From: an uncultured Candidatus Saccharibacteria bacterium
GTDB lineage: Bacteria > Patescibacteriota > Minisyncoccia > Phycocordibacterales > JACOZG01
DNA length: 64,000 nucleotides
Direction of reading: 5' to 3'
NCBI GenBank assembly: GCA_964399075.1
Contig: CAYNPK010000001.1
Span: 55,457 to 119,456 of the forward strand
Under the pieces are notes generated by a model, which made no database searches, was not told where the DNA came from, and worked only from the letters and a program-made list of their open reading frames with translations. Both the position numbers and the translations under genes were made by a program. This document shows, one piece after another, positions 8,880-18,443 of the stretch (position 1 is its first letter; every line of letters starts with the position of its first letter).

Positions 8880-10115
8880 ATGAAAATTAGAAAATTTATT
8901 TCTATTGTTGTCCCGATTGTTATTATCCTTATCATTGTCGGTAGTGCTTTTTCGGTTGGAGTAATCTTTGGCTATAAGGAGAGGTCAGAAGTTAGGCAGA
9001 TCACTGGTTTGATAAACAAAGACGAAGATCAGCCAGAGCGAGTCGACTTTGAACCATTTTGGGAAGCTTGGAGATTGATTGACGAACGCTATGTTCCTAA
9101 TGATGATGACGAAGAGCCTGTTTCTGTAATTACTGATCAAGACAAAGTCTGGGGAGCGATTGATGGTTTGGTAAACTCTCTGGGCGATCCTTATTCTGTA
9201 TTTTTAACTCCCAGAGAGAATCAGCTTTTTCGCGAAGATGTTAGTGGTAATTTTGGCGGTGTTGGCATGGAGGTTGGCGTCCGTGGTGGAGCACTGACGG
9301 TTGTGGCGCCTCTAAAAGATTCACCAGCCGCGCGCGTGGGTATTAAAGCCGGAGATATCATTCTTGAGATTGATGGTAAAACCACAATGACAATGTCAAT
9401 TCATGAGGCAATCACTTTAATTAGAGGTGAGCCAGGAACTCCGGTTCAAATTAAAGTTTTTCGAGAGGGGGGGGAGAATCCACTCTCTTTTAGTATTCTT
9501 AGATCTGAGATAAGTATCCCTACTATTGAGAGTCAGATGTTGCCAGAGAATATTTTTCTCATTCGACTTTTTAACTTTGGCGCGCTTGCTCCTAATCTGT
9601 TTAGAGAAGCTTTGCGCGAATTTGTTTTATCTGGTTCTGATAAGCTTGTTCTTGATTTGCGAGGCAATCCGGGTGGTTACTTAGAAGCTTCAATCGACAT
9701 GGCCAGCTGGTTTCTACCCTTAGGTAAGCCAGTTGTTATTGAAGAGCGTGGTCGAGAAGAAAAACCAAAAGTTTATCGCAGTAAGGGTTTTGATATTTTT
9801 ACTGACAAATTAAAGTTAGCGATTCTAATTGATGGGGGAAGCGCTTCGGCTTCGGAAATTCTAGCTGGGGCTTTACAGGAACATGGTGTCGCTGTTTTAG
9901 TTGGCAGTCAGACATTTGGGAAAGGTTCGGTTCAAGAATTATTACCTCTAACTGATGACACCTCATTAAAAATTACTATTGCGCGATGGCTAACCCCCAA
10001 AGGAGTGTCTCTGTCTCATCAGGGCCTTATTCCAGATATAGAAATTAACTCAGATAACGCAGATGGTGATGATAAACAACTGACTGCTGCTATCGATTAC
10101 CTTTTACAAATATAA
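8880..10115 (+). CDS. ctpA: S41 family carboxyl-terminal processing protease (CtpA/Prc-like)
   Basis: N-terminal TM, PDZ (GIKAGDIILEIDG), S41 motifs LDLRGNPGGY and DGGSASASEILAGAL. Confidence 0.85.
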   Translation: MKIRKFISIVVPIVIILIIVGSAFSVGVIFGYKERSEVRQITGLINKDEDQPERVDFEPFWEAWRLIDERYVPNDDDEEPVSVITDQDKVWGAIDGLVNSLGDPYSVFLTPRENQLFREDVSGNFGGVGMEVGVRGGALTVVAPLKDSPAARVGIKAGDIILEIDGKTTMTMSIHEAITLIRGEPGTPVQIKVFREGGENPLSFSILRSEISIPTIESQMLPENIFLIRLFNFGALAPNLFREALREFVLSGSDKLVLDLRGNPGGYLEASIDMASWFLPLGKPVVIEERGREEKPKVYRSKGFDIFTDKLKLAILIDGGSASASEILAGALQEHGVAVLVGSQTFGKGSVQELLPLTDDTSLKITIARWLTPKGVSLSHQGLIPDIEINSDNADGDDKQLTAAIDYLLQI

Positions 10116-10120
10116 ATATT

Positions 10121-10594
10121 ATGAAACTTATTTTACTACAAGATGTTGCCAAAGTTGGACGGCGTTACGAAATAAAAGAAGTAGCCGATGGTTTTGCTCG
10201 TAATTTTATTATCGCGCGTAATTTGGGTTGGGTCGCCAATGAAAAGAATTTAAAAAAGTTAGCTTTATTAAAGTTAAAGTCAAAATCTGTTTCTCATATT
10301 CAGCCAGGTGAGGCAGCTATTAAGAAGATTTTTTCGACGCTGGCTGACACCTCTCTTACGTATCGCGCCAAGGCCAATAAACAAGGCCAACTTTTTGCCG
10401 GTATTAGTAAGGTTGATATCCTGAAAATTTTAGAAACTAAATTAAAGCTAAGATTTCAATCAGATTGGTTAATTCTTGATCGCCCAATCAAGCAAATAGG
10501 GGAGTATAAAATTGATATTCAAATCAATCTTGCTGATAAAAATGACGAGATTCTTACCGGTCAGTTGAGTTTAGTGGTAGAGGCTGAAGATTAA
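10121..10594 (+). CDS. rplI: 50S ribosomal protein L9
   Basis: MKLILLQDVAKVGRRYEIKEVADGFARNFII is an L9 N-domain. Confidence 0.85.
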   Translation: MKLILLQDVAKVGRRYEIKEVADGFARNFIIARNLGWVANEKNLKKLALLKLKSKSVSHIQPGEAAIKKIFSTLADTSLTYRAKANKQGQLFAGISKVDILKILETKLKLRFQSDWLILDRPIKQIGEYKIDIQINLADKNDEILTGQLSLVVEAED

Positions 10595-10853
10595 CAACTT
10601 TAACCATTTTTACCTTGCCGTCGTAATTAGTTTTTCTCTTCGTTGCAAATTTTACTATACCAGGGTTAATAGCAAAAATTGTGTGATCTTTGCCGATCTT
10701 AGTGTCCTTGCCGGCCACAAAACGAGTTCCGCGTTGGCGGATAATAATTGATCCAGATTTAGCCTCTTGTCCGTCATGGAGCTTAACTCCTAAATATTTA
10801 GGATTAGAATCGCGGAGGTTTTTAGCTGTTCCGCCAGCTTTACGATGTGCCAT
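10554..10853 (-). CDS. rpmA: 50S ribosomal protein L27
   Basis: MAHRKAGGTAKNLRDSNPKYLGVK is an L27 hallmark. Convergent 41-bp overlap with the rplI 3' end. Confidence 0.9.
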   Translation of the reverse strand: MAHRKAGGTAKNLRDSNPKYLGVKLHDGQEAKSGSIIIRQRGTRFVAGKDTKIGKDHTIFAINPGIVKFATKRKTNYDGKVKMVKVVNLQPLPLNSTDR

Positions 10854-10884
10854 AATTACTTTCTTTTACTTTAAATCTGCTAAA

Positions 10885-11265
10885 ATGATTGTTATGAGTA
10901 TAGCCGATCTGCCTAAAAAAATCAAGTCAAAGTCAATAAGCAATTATCTATCTCAAGAAGCTAATAATTTATTCATAATCTCTCTGGTGTTATTAGTCGG
11001 CTCTTTAGGATTTGGTTTATGGCAATTGTCCAAAATTGAGAAGGGGATTGAACCGATTAGAATTGAGCAATTAGCGTCAATGTCATCATCTGATAGCCTG
11101 GGAGCTGGTCAGGCGGTAGTGGCTTCTAAGAGTGGGAGTAAATATCACTTACCTTGGTGTAGTGGTGCCCAGAGAATTAAACCAGAAAATTTAATTACTT
11201 TTACTTCAAGAGACGAGGCTGAAAGGGCGGGTTATACCCCAGCCGCTAATTGTAAGGGTTTGTAA
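10885..11265 (+). CDS. membrane-anchored protein with C-terminal Ada-Zn-binding-like (H-x-P-x-C ... C) domain
   Basis: Start taken at ATG 10885 (MIVMSIADL); the ORF-track upstream extension is an antisense shadow of rpmA. One TM, C-terminus KYHLPWCSGAQRIKPEN...GYTPAANC. Confidence 0.45.
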   Translation: MIVMSIADLPKKIKSKSISNYLSQEANNLFIISLVLLVGSLGFGLWQLSKIEKGIEPIRIEQLASMSSSDSLGAGQAVVASKSGSKYHLPWCSGAQRIKPENLITFTSRDEAERAGYTPAANCKGL

Positions 11266-11345
11266 TTTTTCTCTATAATAGAACAGGGGCAAGAGAGTCG
11301 CACAATATGCCTTTTGCGACGTTATAATTGAATTTCCTCAATTCC

Positions 11346-11780
11346 CTATCGAGACCAACATTTTTTACTCCAATTCCAATGGCGAGAACCTTCTTTGCTT
11401 AGAAGCCACATGGCATAATCAATGTTCCCCTCAGTTGTGTAGATATCATAGCCAAGCTCTAAGCTTTTATCTAAGTGATATTTTTCATTAATCTGAAATA
11501 GTCCAATGTCCTGAGCGTTATGGATTCCGCGCAAGGGTTCACCATTTTCATCAAATTGACGATTGGTACTTTCACAGAACGCGATTTTTTGGGCCAAACT
11601 AACATCTACACCATTAGTATGGGCTTTTTCAGCGATCATGTCGGTGATAGTTAAAACTCGTGCCGGTAGTGGTTTATCAACGACGTTGTTATTAGCGTCA
11701 ATTTGACTGTTAGGTACAGACAAGGGTGTCAATTGGGCTGATAAGGTTATTAAGCTTGCCAAACTTATTTGTGCTAACAT
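11346..11780 (-). CDS. secreted lysozyme-like / lytic transglycosylase (SLT-like) domain protein
   Basis: Signal-like N-terminus. AFCESTNRQFDENG...DIGLFQINEKYH resembles the SLT catalytic E-S...GLMQIN motif. Confidence 0.5.
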   Translation of the reverse strand: MLAQISLASLITLSAQLTPLSVPNSQIDANNNVVDKPLPARVLTITDMIAEKAHTNGVDVSLAQKIAFCESTNRQFDENGEPLRGIHNAQDIGLFQINEKYHLDKSLELGYDIYTTEGNIDYAMWLLSKEGSRHWNWSKKCWSR

Positions 11781-11827
11781 AGTAAAAATAAAAGTAATAA
11801 AATGGCCCTATTGAGCCATTACTGTCT

Positions 11828-11856
11828 ATATTAGCATAAAGCGATTATTTTGTCAA
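11828..11856 (-). promoter_or_regulatory. sigma-70 type promoter (TTGACA-N17-TAATAT) for the lysozyme-like gene
   Basis: Minus-strand reading: TTGACAaaataatcgctttatgcTAATAT. A short hairpin lies in the roughly 45-nt leader before the ATG at 11780. Confidence 0.5.
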
Positions 11857-12016
11857 TAGAAGATAATAATATTCGAATTTAGTCAATATTAGGGTTATCC
11901 AGGCGCGCAAGTCTATTTTAAAGTAATTTAGCAGGAAAATAGCGACTAGTAATATCAAAATTAGCTTAATAATCCCCTTTTGGTTATTTTGTTTGGGTGT
12001 GATTGTCATAAAATTG

Positions 12017-13336
12017 TCATAAATATGATAAAGGGTCTAAATAAGCTTCGATTGGAATAAGAGGGATACGGAAAATGGCTCCCGGACACGCCTTGCTGGG
12101 TAAATTACCGATTGTCGTAGCAGTGCTTGCCACTAGCCCCAAATGTAAATGTGGTCCGGTGCTATAACCGGAATTACCACTATAGCCAATTACGTCACCA
12201 CGATTAACTACCTGACCTTCACGAACCCCAATCAGGCTTAAGTGAGCAAAAACTGACGCTAAGCCATTGCCATGATCAATCATAATCCATTTGCCATACG
12301 AGGCGCCCCGGCAAGCAATATCAGTGTCGCCAACGCCGACAATATTACCACTAGCCGTTGATTTTATTGGCGTTCCCACCGAGGCCCGGAAATCAATACC
12401 ATTATGGAAATTTGAAGAGTAAAGTTTTGAAGCGGCGCTTGTATAACCGAATTTCTGGGTTAAGCATTGGCTATTGCCTAAATCTTTATATAAATGACAC
12501 TTAGACATATCGATTGGCCAGGATAACACACCCCTACCTGCAGAAGGGAGACTCTTTGGGTCAATAATTGCTTTTAATTGAGATTCAAATTCGAATATTT
12601 CTTGTTCGAAAATAGTTCTTCTGGTTTGATATTCGGTTAGTAGTTTACGATAGGCGGCTTCTTCATTTTGAGTTTCGCGTAAAAAAGCTGATTTTGTTCC
12701 TTGTTGATCAGCAACAATACTTTTCTGATCACCTAATTGTTTAGTTAAACCGATCAATTTTTGTCTTTCTGTTTCCACTTCCTCCTGTTGTTGCTTCAAT
12801 CTGTCTTTAACATTTTCCAAATTAGCGATTTGGTCTCGAACTTTTATCTGAAGATTGTTGTGACGATCATATTGAGTGAGTAGATCTGATAGCGTGTATT
12901 TGGACAAAAAGACTTCCGTCAATGAAAGAATTTCTCCTTGGCGCATTTCTCGTAGAGATTCAGCTAGAGCATCACGACTCACACCTAGGTGGTTATTCTT
13001 ATCAGAAATTTCTAGTGATAATTTTTCTAATGTTAATTTGGCTGTTGCGATTTTATTTTCCGTTAAATTAATATCTGTATTAATTTTTTTAATTACCGTG
13101 TCTAGCTTAGTTATTTCGTTTTTAAGACTCGAAGCTTGTTGACTGGTGTTGGTTACGTTTTGTTGATAAATATTTATTTGTCGCTCTAGTTCTTTAATTT
13201 TTAAATTACGTTCGGCTATCTCTGTTTTGAGTTCATCTAAACGTTCAGTTTTAACATCAGCTAAAGCTAATTGACCGATAATTAGAGAAATTAACAGGAA
13301 AAATAAATAGTTAAATTTATAATAAGTCTTTAGCAT
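12017..13336 (-). CDS. M23 family peptidoglycan DD-metalloendopeptidase with N-terminal coiled coil (EnvC-like)
   Basis: Signal/TM, long coiled coil, C-terminal LytM motifs HNGIDF and GPHLHLG. Confidence 0.8.
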   Translation of the reverse strand: MLKTYYKFNYLFFLLISLIIGQLALADVKTERLDELKTEIAERNLKIKELERQINIYQQNVTNTSQQASSLKNEITKLDTVIKKINTDINLTENKIATAKLTLEKLSLEISDKNNHLGVSRDALAESLREMRQGEILSLTEVFLSKYTLSDLLTQYDRHNNLQIKVRDQIANLENVKDRLKQQQEEVETERQKLIGLTKQLGDQKSIVADQQGTKSAFLRETQNEEAAYRKLLTEYQTRRTIFEQEIFEFESQLKAIIDPKSLPSAGRGVLSWPIDMSKCHLYKDLGNSQCLTQKFGYTSAASKLYSSNFHNGIDFRASVGTPIKSTASGNIVGVGDTDIACRGASYGKWIMIDHGNGLASVFAHLSLIGVREGQVVNRGDVIGYSGNSGYSTGPHLHLGLVASTATTIGNLPSKACPGAIFRIPLIPIEAYLDPLSYL

Positions 13337-14678
13337 GATTCAAGCGTTGCAAAGTTTCTTCTTTACCAATAATTTCCGCTATAGTAAAAGGGTCAGGTGA
13401 TCGTTCTTTGCCTGTTAGGGCGGTGCGCATTGGCCACAGAACCTCTCCCCTGCCCTGGATACTGGCGTAATCCCAAATTGCCGTCTTAATTTTTTCGGCA
13501 ATAAAATCATCTTTACTAAGTGACTCAAGTAATTTAATCAAACTGCTAAAATGTTTCTGATTTTTAAGTAAGTTCTTATCAATCGCGGGTTTGTCAAAAA
13601 AATAATCAAATTCGCCTTCATCTCTAGCTTTAGCTAAATCACCCCAAGTATTAACTCTGTTAATAATTTCCGGTATTAACTTTTCAGCTATCTTGTCATT
13701 AGCTTTGGGAAAGAATTCTTTTATTTTCAAAATAATCTCATCACTAGGTAATTTTTTTAAATATTCCCGATTGTACCAATTTAGTTTTTGTTTGTTGAAT
13801 ATCGCGTTACTTTTTTGAACTTTTGTTAGATCAAAAGCCTTAGTTAGTTCTTCTAGGGCGAATAACTCTTGTTCGGTGTCAGGGTTCCAACCCAAAAAAG
13901 CAATAAAATTTATTATTGCTTCGCTTAAGTAGCCTTCTTTAATTAGCCCATTTAGAGAAGCAATTTCTGCATGTTTTCTTTTTGAGAGTTTCGTTTTATC
14001 CGGAGCTAAAATCATTGGCAAGTGGGCAAAGATTGGTTGTTCGATACTTAAAGCTTCTCCGATGAGAATTTGTCTTGGTGTGTTGGACAAATGATCTTCT
14101 CCACGAATAATATGCGTGATTCCTAACTCATAATCATCAACAACACTAGCAAAATGATATAATGGTGTGTCTAAATCTTTTGCCACCACAAAATCGCCAA
14201 GCTCCGTGGTGTCAAATTCTATTTTACCCTTAATTAAATCATCAAAGCTTACTTTTTTGTTTGGATTGCGAAAACGAATTACTTCTGCGCGTTTTTTAGC
14301 ACTCTCCCCTGTTTCTGCTTGCTCTTCCACTTTTTCTTTCGATAAATAAATTTTATTTTCTTCTAAAAGTTTAGTTAGCCACTGTTTGTAAATTTGTGTC
14401 CGAGCTGATTGGTAGAATAATTCATCGGGTTTTAAACCCAGCCAAGCAAGGCCATCCAAAATATCTTTCTCATATTCGGGTTTTGAGCGTTCTTTATCGG
14501 TGTCATCAATTCGGACAATAAAACTGCCTTGATGTTGTTTGGCGTAAAGATAATTAAACAAGGCGGTTCTAACACTACCGGTGTGTAGAGTTCCGGTTGG
14601 GCTTGGTGCAAATCTTACTCTAATTTTTTTATCTTCATTCTTCATGTTTAAGGGCGAGGGCGATAATTTCTTCGGCAA
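13317..14678 (-). CDS. gltX: glutamate--tRNA ligase
   Basis: RFAPSPTGTLHTGSVRTALFNY (HIGH-type) and KLSKR (KMSKS-type). Confidence 0.9.
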   Translation of the reverse strand: MPKKLSPSPLNMKNEDKKIRVRFAPSPTGTLHTGSVRTALFNYLYAKQHQGSFIVRIDDTDKERSKPEYEKDILDGLAWLGLKPDELFYQSARTQIYKQWLTKLLEENKIYLSKEKVEEQAETGESAKKRAEVIRFRNPNKKVSFDDLIKGKIEFDTTELGDFVVAKDLDTPLYHFASVVDDYELGITHIIRGEDHLSNTPRQILIGEALSIEQPIFAHLPMILAPDKTKLSKRKHAEIASLNGLIKEGYLSEAIINFIAFLGWNPDTEQELFALEELTKAFDLTKVQKSNAIFNKQKLNWYNREYLKKLPSDEIILKIKEFFPKANDKIAEKLIPEIINRVNTWGDLAKARDEGEFDYFFDKPAIDKNLLKNQKHFSSLIKLLESLSKDDFIAEKIKTAIWDYASIQGRGEVLWPMRTALTGKERSPDPFTIAEIIGKEETLQRLNHAKDLL

Positions 14679-15762
14679 TCACATTAGCGGCATTTGGGTG
14701 GGCAAAGTTTTTTGCCCCAGCTTTCATTTTATTTCGCAAGGATTCGTTTTCTAGTAGACGATTAATTTCTGACTGGAGAACAGATGGAGTAAGATTATCT
14801 TGCTCAATAACAACCGCTCCCCCACTCCGAGCGTAGGTAAAAGCGTTTGTTCTTTGGTCGTGACTAATTGTTTCTGGAATTGGAATAATAATTGCTGGCA
14901 ATCCCCAGACCGCTATTTCAAAGAGAACTGAACCAGCACGAGTAATTACCAAGTCAGAAATTCCGGCCAGCATTCTCATAGCAGAAGTGTTTAGAAAAGG
15001 AAATGGATGATAACGATTTTTTTGCTCCTGCTCTGTGAGAAGAAAGAAGGCTCTTTGTTTAATTTCTTCAAAATTGTCAATACCAATCTGGTGAATTATT
15101 TGATATTTTTTAGTTAATTGAGGTAGAATATCAACTAGAGTATCGTTAATCACTGAAGCGCCGGACGACCCTCCGGTCACAAAAATTATTTGTACTCCTT
15201 TTTCGAGTTTTAAAAATTCATGAGCGCCAATGGTAATGGGATTTAGAAGTTCTTGACGAATTGGATTGCCAGTAATGGCTACTGGTTTGTCATTAAAATA
15301 GTGATTTGCCTCGGGGTATGATAAGGCAATTCTTTTCGCAAACTTAGCTGACCATAAGCTAACTCGACCGGGATGAGAATCAGATTCGTGCATCACTACT
15401 GGAATCTTCAAAAATCTAGCTGCCCACAGAGTGGGAAAACTATCATAACCGCCTTTGCTGAAAACAACATCTGGATAAATCACATAAAGTTGCCATAAGG
15501 CAATTATAATACCGCGAATGGTCTTAAAAATGTCAAAAAAATTTTTAATCGAAAAATATCGTCTAATTTTCCCCGCTGGAACCGCTTTAAATTCAAGATG
15601 ATTTTCAAACAAAGAAACCTCATCGTAAGGTGCGGTTGCGAGATAGTACAATCTGGCATCTACCAGTTTGCGTTGCTTAATAATAGTATTAATAGCTTGT
15701 GCCACAGCGATAATTGGGTAAAAATGACCGCCAGTTCCACCACCAGTAAAAACGATTTTCAT
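14635..15762 (-). CDS. murG: undecaprenyldiphospho-muramoylpentapeptide beta-N-acetylglucosaminyltransferase MurG
   Basis: MKIVFTGGGTGGHFYPIIAVA is the MurG N-terminal G-loop; dcw context. Confidence 0.9.
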   Translation of the reverse strand: MKIVFTGGGTGGHFYPIIAVAQAINTIIKQRKLVDARLYYLATAPYDEVSLFENHLEFKAVPAGKIRRYFSIKNFFDIFKTIRGIIIALWQLYVIYPDVVFSKGGYDSFPTLWAARFLKIPVVMHESDSHPGRVSLWSAKFAKRIALSYPEANHYFNDKPVAITGNPIRQELLNPITIGAHEFLKLEKGVQIIFVTGGSSGASVINDTLVDILPQLTKKYQIIHQIGIDNFEEIKQRAFFLLTEQEQKNRYHPFPFLNTSAMRMLAGISDLVITRAGSVLFEIAVWGLPAIIIPIPETISHDQRTNAFTYARSGGAVVIEQDNLTPSVLQSEINRLLENESLRNKMKAGAKNFAHPNAANVIAEEIIALALKHEE

Positions 15763-15772
15763 AATTTAAGAT

Positions 15773-16867
15773 TTAAGAGCGAATCGCATGACGCGAAATA
15801 TTAAGAATAATTCCAGCTTGAAATAAAGTAACTAATAAAGCTGTTCCACCATGACTAACAAAAACCAGCAAGGTCCCAGCTAAAGGAATAATACCAAGCA
15901 TCGAAGCAATGTTGATAAAAGTGCCGGTTATGATCATTATAACAATTCCCACTGCCACTAGTCTACCAAGACGATCTGGGGCCCTAACTGCGACCCTAAG
16001 CCCAGCAAAGGCGAAAATTAGAAATAGAGCAATGATAATTGTTGCTCCAATAAAACCAAATTCTTCGCTCGCAACCGAAAAAATAGAGTCACCAATTGGT
16101 TCTGGTAGATATTGGAATTTCTGAATACTCTGCCCGAAACCTCGGCCAGTTAGACCTCCTGAACCGATAGCAATTAAAGATTGGTCAACTTGGTAACCGC
16201 TACCTAAAATATCGGCGGTGGGATCAAAAAAGGTTTTAACTCGATCGATAACATATGGCTTATAAACTGCCACAGCGCCTAAGCCAATTATGGCTAAAAA
16301 CCCAATTAGAATGATCTGTTTCCAAGGAGCGCCACTCACAAAAAACATTGCTACTCCGGCCACGAGCATGATTACTAAAGTGTCCAGATCTGGTTGGGCT
16401 GCCATAATTATCCCGACAACAGCTGAGATAGCTAAGAGTGGCACCAGACCTTTCTTGGGGTTTGTAATTTGATCTTTAAATTTTGCTAAATAACTAGCTG
16501 TATAAATAATAAAGCCAAACTTAAGCAGTTCTGCCGGTTGAATTGAAAAAGAAAACAACCTAATCCAGCGTTGAGCACCACCCGAAGTGATACCAATACC
16601 AGGAACAAAAACTAGCAAGGTTAAAATAATGGTGAAAATAAAAATTAAGAGACTGTGATCTCTCCAAAAGTGATAATTAACTTTAGAAACAAGAATAAAA
16701 ATAATTAAACCAGCTACTAATACTACTAATTGTTTTAGGGCCACTAGATTGAAAGAAGCGCCACTGCGACTAATTAGACCAAGAGAGGCAGAAGTAAAAA
16801 TGAAAAAACCAAAAAGCGAAAGCCCTAAAACGGTAAAAAAGAATACACGATTAGGCTTCTGGCTCAT
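15773..16867 (-). CDS. ftsW: SEDS family peptidoglycan glycosyltransferase FtsW
   Basis: 10-TM SEDS topology, between mraY and murG. Confidence 0.8.
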   Translation of the reverse strand: MSQKPNRVFFFTVLGLSLFGFFIFTSASLGLISRSGASFNLVALKQLVVLVAGLIIFILVSKVNYHFWRDHSLLIFIFTIILTLLVFVPGIGITSGGAQRWIRLFSFSIQPAELLKFGFIIYTASYLAKFKDQITNPKKGLVPLLAISAVVGIIMAAQPDLDTLVIMLVAGVAMFFVSGAPWKQIILIGFLAIIGLGAVAVYKPYVIDRVKTFFDPTADILGSGYQVDQSLIAIGSGGLTGRGFGQSIQKFQYLPEPIGDSIFSVASEEFGFIGATIIIALFLIFAFAGLRVAVRAPDRLGRLVAVGIVIMIITGTFINIASMLGIIPLAGTLLVFVSHGGTALLVTLFQAGIILNISRHAIRS

Positions 16868-16868
16868 A

Positions 16869-17924
16869 TTAACGGCTAATCAAAGTTATAATTAAGCCAA
16901 TAATTGCCGCAATAATTCCAATAATCCAATAACGCATCACCACTTTGTATGCTGGCCAGCCGATAGCTTCAAAGTGGTGATGAATTGGCGCGACCAGGAA
17001 AACTTTCTTGCCTCGTAGACGCTTTGAACCCATTTGGATAACATTGCCAACAATTGTGGCAAAAAGTGGTAAGGCGATAATTGGCAATAACAAAACAGTA
17101 TTAGTCAGAAAAGCGACCACTGTTAAAGTGAGAGTTAAACCGAGAATTCCTGTTTCTGACATATAAAATCGAGCTGGCGGAATATTGAACCACAAGAAGG
17201 CCAAAACACCACCAGTAATTACGGCGCAAAATGCCGCTAGATCGATTTGATTTTGTAAAAATGCAATTGTTGTATAGGTAACAAAAATTATTGCCATCAC
17301 TCCCCCAGCTAAGCCATCTAAGCCGTCGATCACGCCACTAGTGAACAAACTAACAATGACTAATAGAAAAATCGGAATAAAAAACCAACCGATAAATACA
17401 TCCCCGAAAAATGGAACGAAGATACTGTCCATCTCTAGTTTGAAGTAAAACCAACCAGCAATAACCAACCCAAGAATAATCACAATCGTTAGCCGTTCCT
17501 TAAAAGGTAGCCCTCCGGCAATGTATCGTCCCTTGCCACTAATTTCTAACCAATCATCGAGCAAGCCAACTAGGGAACCAATCAATAAGGTGACGAAGGG
17601 AATCCAAGTTTGATTACGACTCAAGAAATTAAGCTTGCTAGTTAAATCTGAAGGAAAAATAATAGAGATAATATAAATTGCCAGGACGGTAATAATGGCG
17701 CTGACCCAAATAATGATACCGCCCATCCGTGGAGTGCCGACCTCTTTGTCTTTGTGTAATTGGTTAAAAATGGGGGTTGCCTCGCCACTGGGAGATAATT
17801 TGCCGGCTCTCTTTTTCCACAATTTGTGTTTATAAAGATAGTGAGTGAGTATGGGTGTAATAGCGATTCCAACAAAAAATGAAATCGTAATTGGTGCGAA
17901 AACTTTAAAGATATCGGTGATCAT
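16869..17924 (-). CDS. mraY: phospho-N-acetylmuramoyl-pentapeptide-transferase MraY
   Basis: Polytopic membrane protein with MraY conserved D-rich loops (GLLDDWLE, DGLDGLA). Confidence 0.85.
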   Translation of the reverse strand: MITDIFKVFAPITISFFVGIAITPILTHYLYKHKLWKKRAGKLSPSGEATPIFNQLHKDKEVGTPRMGGIIIWVSAIITVLAIYIISIIFPSDLTSKLNFLSRNQTWIPFVTLLIGSLVGLLDDWLEISGKGRYIAGGLPFKERLTIVIILGLVIAGWFYFKLEMDSIFVPFFGDVFIGWFFIPIFLLVIVSLFTSGVIDGLDGLAGGVMAIIFVTYTTIAFLQNQIDLAAFCAVITGGVLAFLWFNIPPARFYMSETGILGLTLTLTVVAFLTNTVLLLPIIALPLFATIVGNVIQMGSKRLRGKKVFLVAPIHHHFEAIGWPAYKVVMRYWIIGIIAAIIGLIITLISR

Positions 17925-18442
17925 GAAATTAATTCTTTGAGTTTCTCTGTGGTTGTTTGATAATCTGGCAATTCTTCAATCCGGCTGATTCCTAAATGCT
18001 GAAGCAGTTCAATCGTTGGCTGATAGAGAAAGCTTCTACCATCTTCCGGATTATTAATTTTTTCTACCAAGCCGCGAATTTGGAGTGCTCGTAAAATAAA
18101 ATTGGAATTAACACCTCTAATATAATCAATTTCAGCGCGCGCCACTGGCGCGCGGTAGAGAATAATTGTTAACGTCTCCAGGCCAGCCTTGCCCAAATCT
18201 CGCGACAATTCTTCTCTCGTTAGCTGTTCAATGATAGAACTGGCTTCTGGGGCGGTTCCTAACGCCACTTCATCATTTTTACGCACCACCGTAAGACCTC
18301 GAGATTCTAGAGAGCGAGACAGACAGTCTAAAGATGCGAAGATTTTGGCTTCAGGTTCATTTAGAATTTTTGCTATTTTTGAGATTGTTATTGGTTCAGC
18401 TTTCCAAAACAAGATGGCTTCGATTTTGGCTTCTAAATTCAT
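17921..18442 (-). CDS. scpB: segregation and condensation protein B
   Basis: EAILFWKAEPITISKIAKIL is a ScpB winged-helix N-terminus; 4-bp overlap with mraY. Confidence 0.85.
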   Translation of the reverse strand: MNLEAKIEAILFWKAEPITISKIAKILNEPEAKIFASLDCLSRSLESRGLTVVRKNDEVALGTAPEASSIIEQLTREELSRDLGKAGLETLTIILYRAPVARAEIDYIRGVNSNFILRALQIRGLVEKINNPEDGRSFLYQPTIELLQHLGISRIEELPDYQTTTEKLKELIS

Positions 18443-18443
18443 G

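Noticed and set aside
10690-10884. Upstream 65 codons of ORF 10690..11265
   Set aside because: This part overlaps rpmA on the opposite strand and is an antisense shadow. The true start is taken at 10885.
11997-12023. Tandem ATTGTCATAAA x2 overlapping the stop codon of the M23 peptidase gene
   Set aside because: It lies inside or at the end of the coding sequence (it encodes the C-terminus …DPLSYL) and is short and AT-rich. It probably has no regulatory meaning.
12876-13142. 88-aa plus ORF inside the M23 peptidase gene, and similar internal antisense ORFs
   Set aside because: They lie wholly within strongly supported genes on the opposite strand and are low-complexity. The similar cases are 14167..14349, 15598..15804, 15909..16124, 16290..16472, 17642..17875, 18189..18494, 18664..18888, 20978..21202, 21682..21928, 24125..25291, 26399..27145, 27231..27449, 28197..28379, 36479..36850, 38177..38428, 47486..47900 and 61606..61803.
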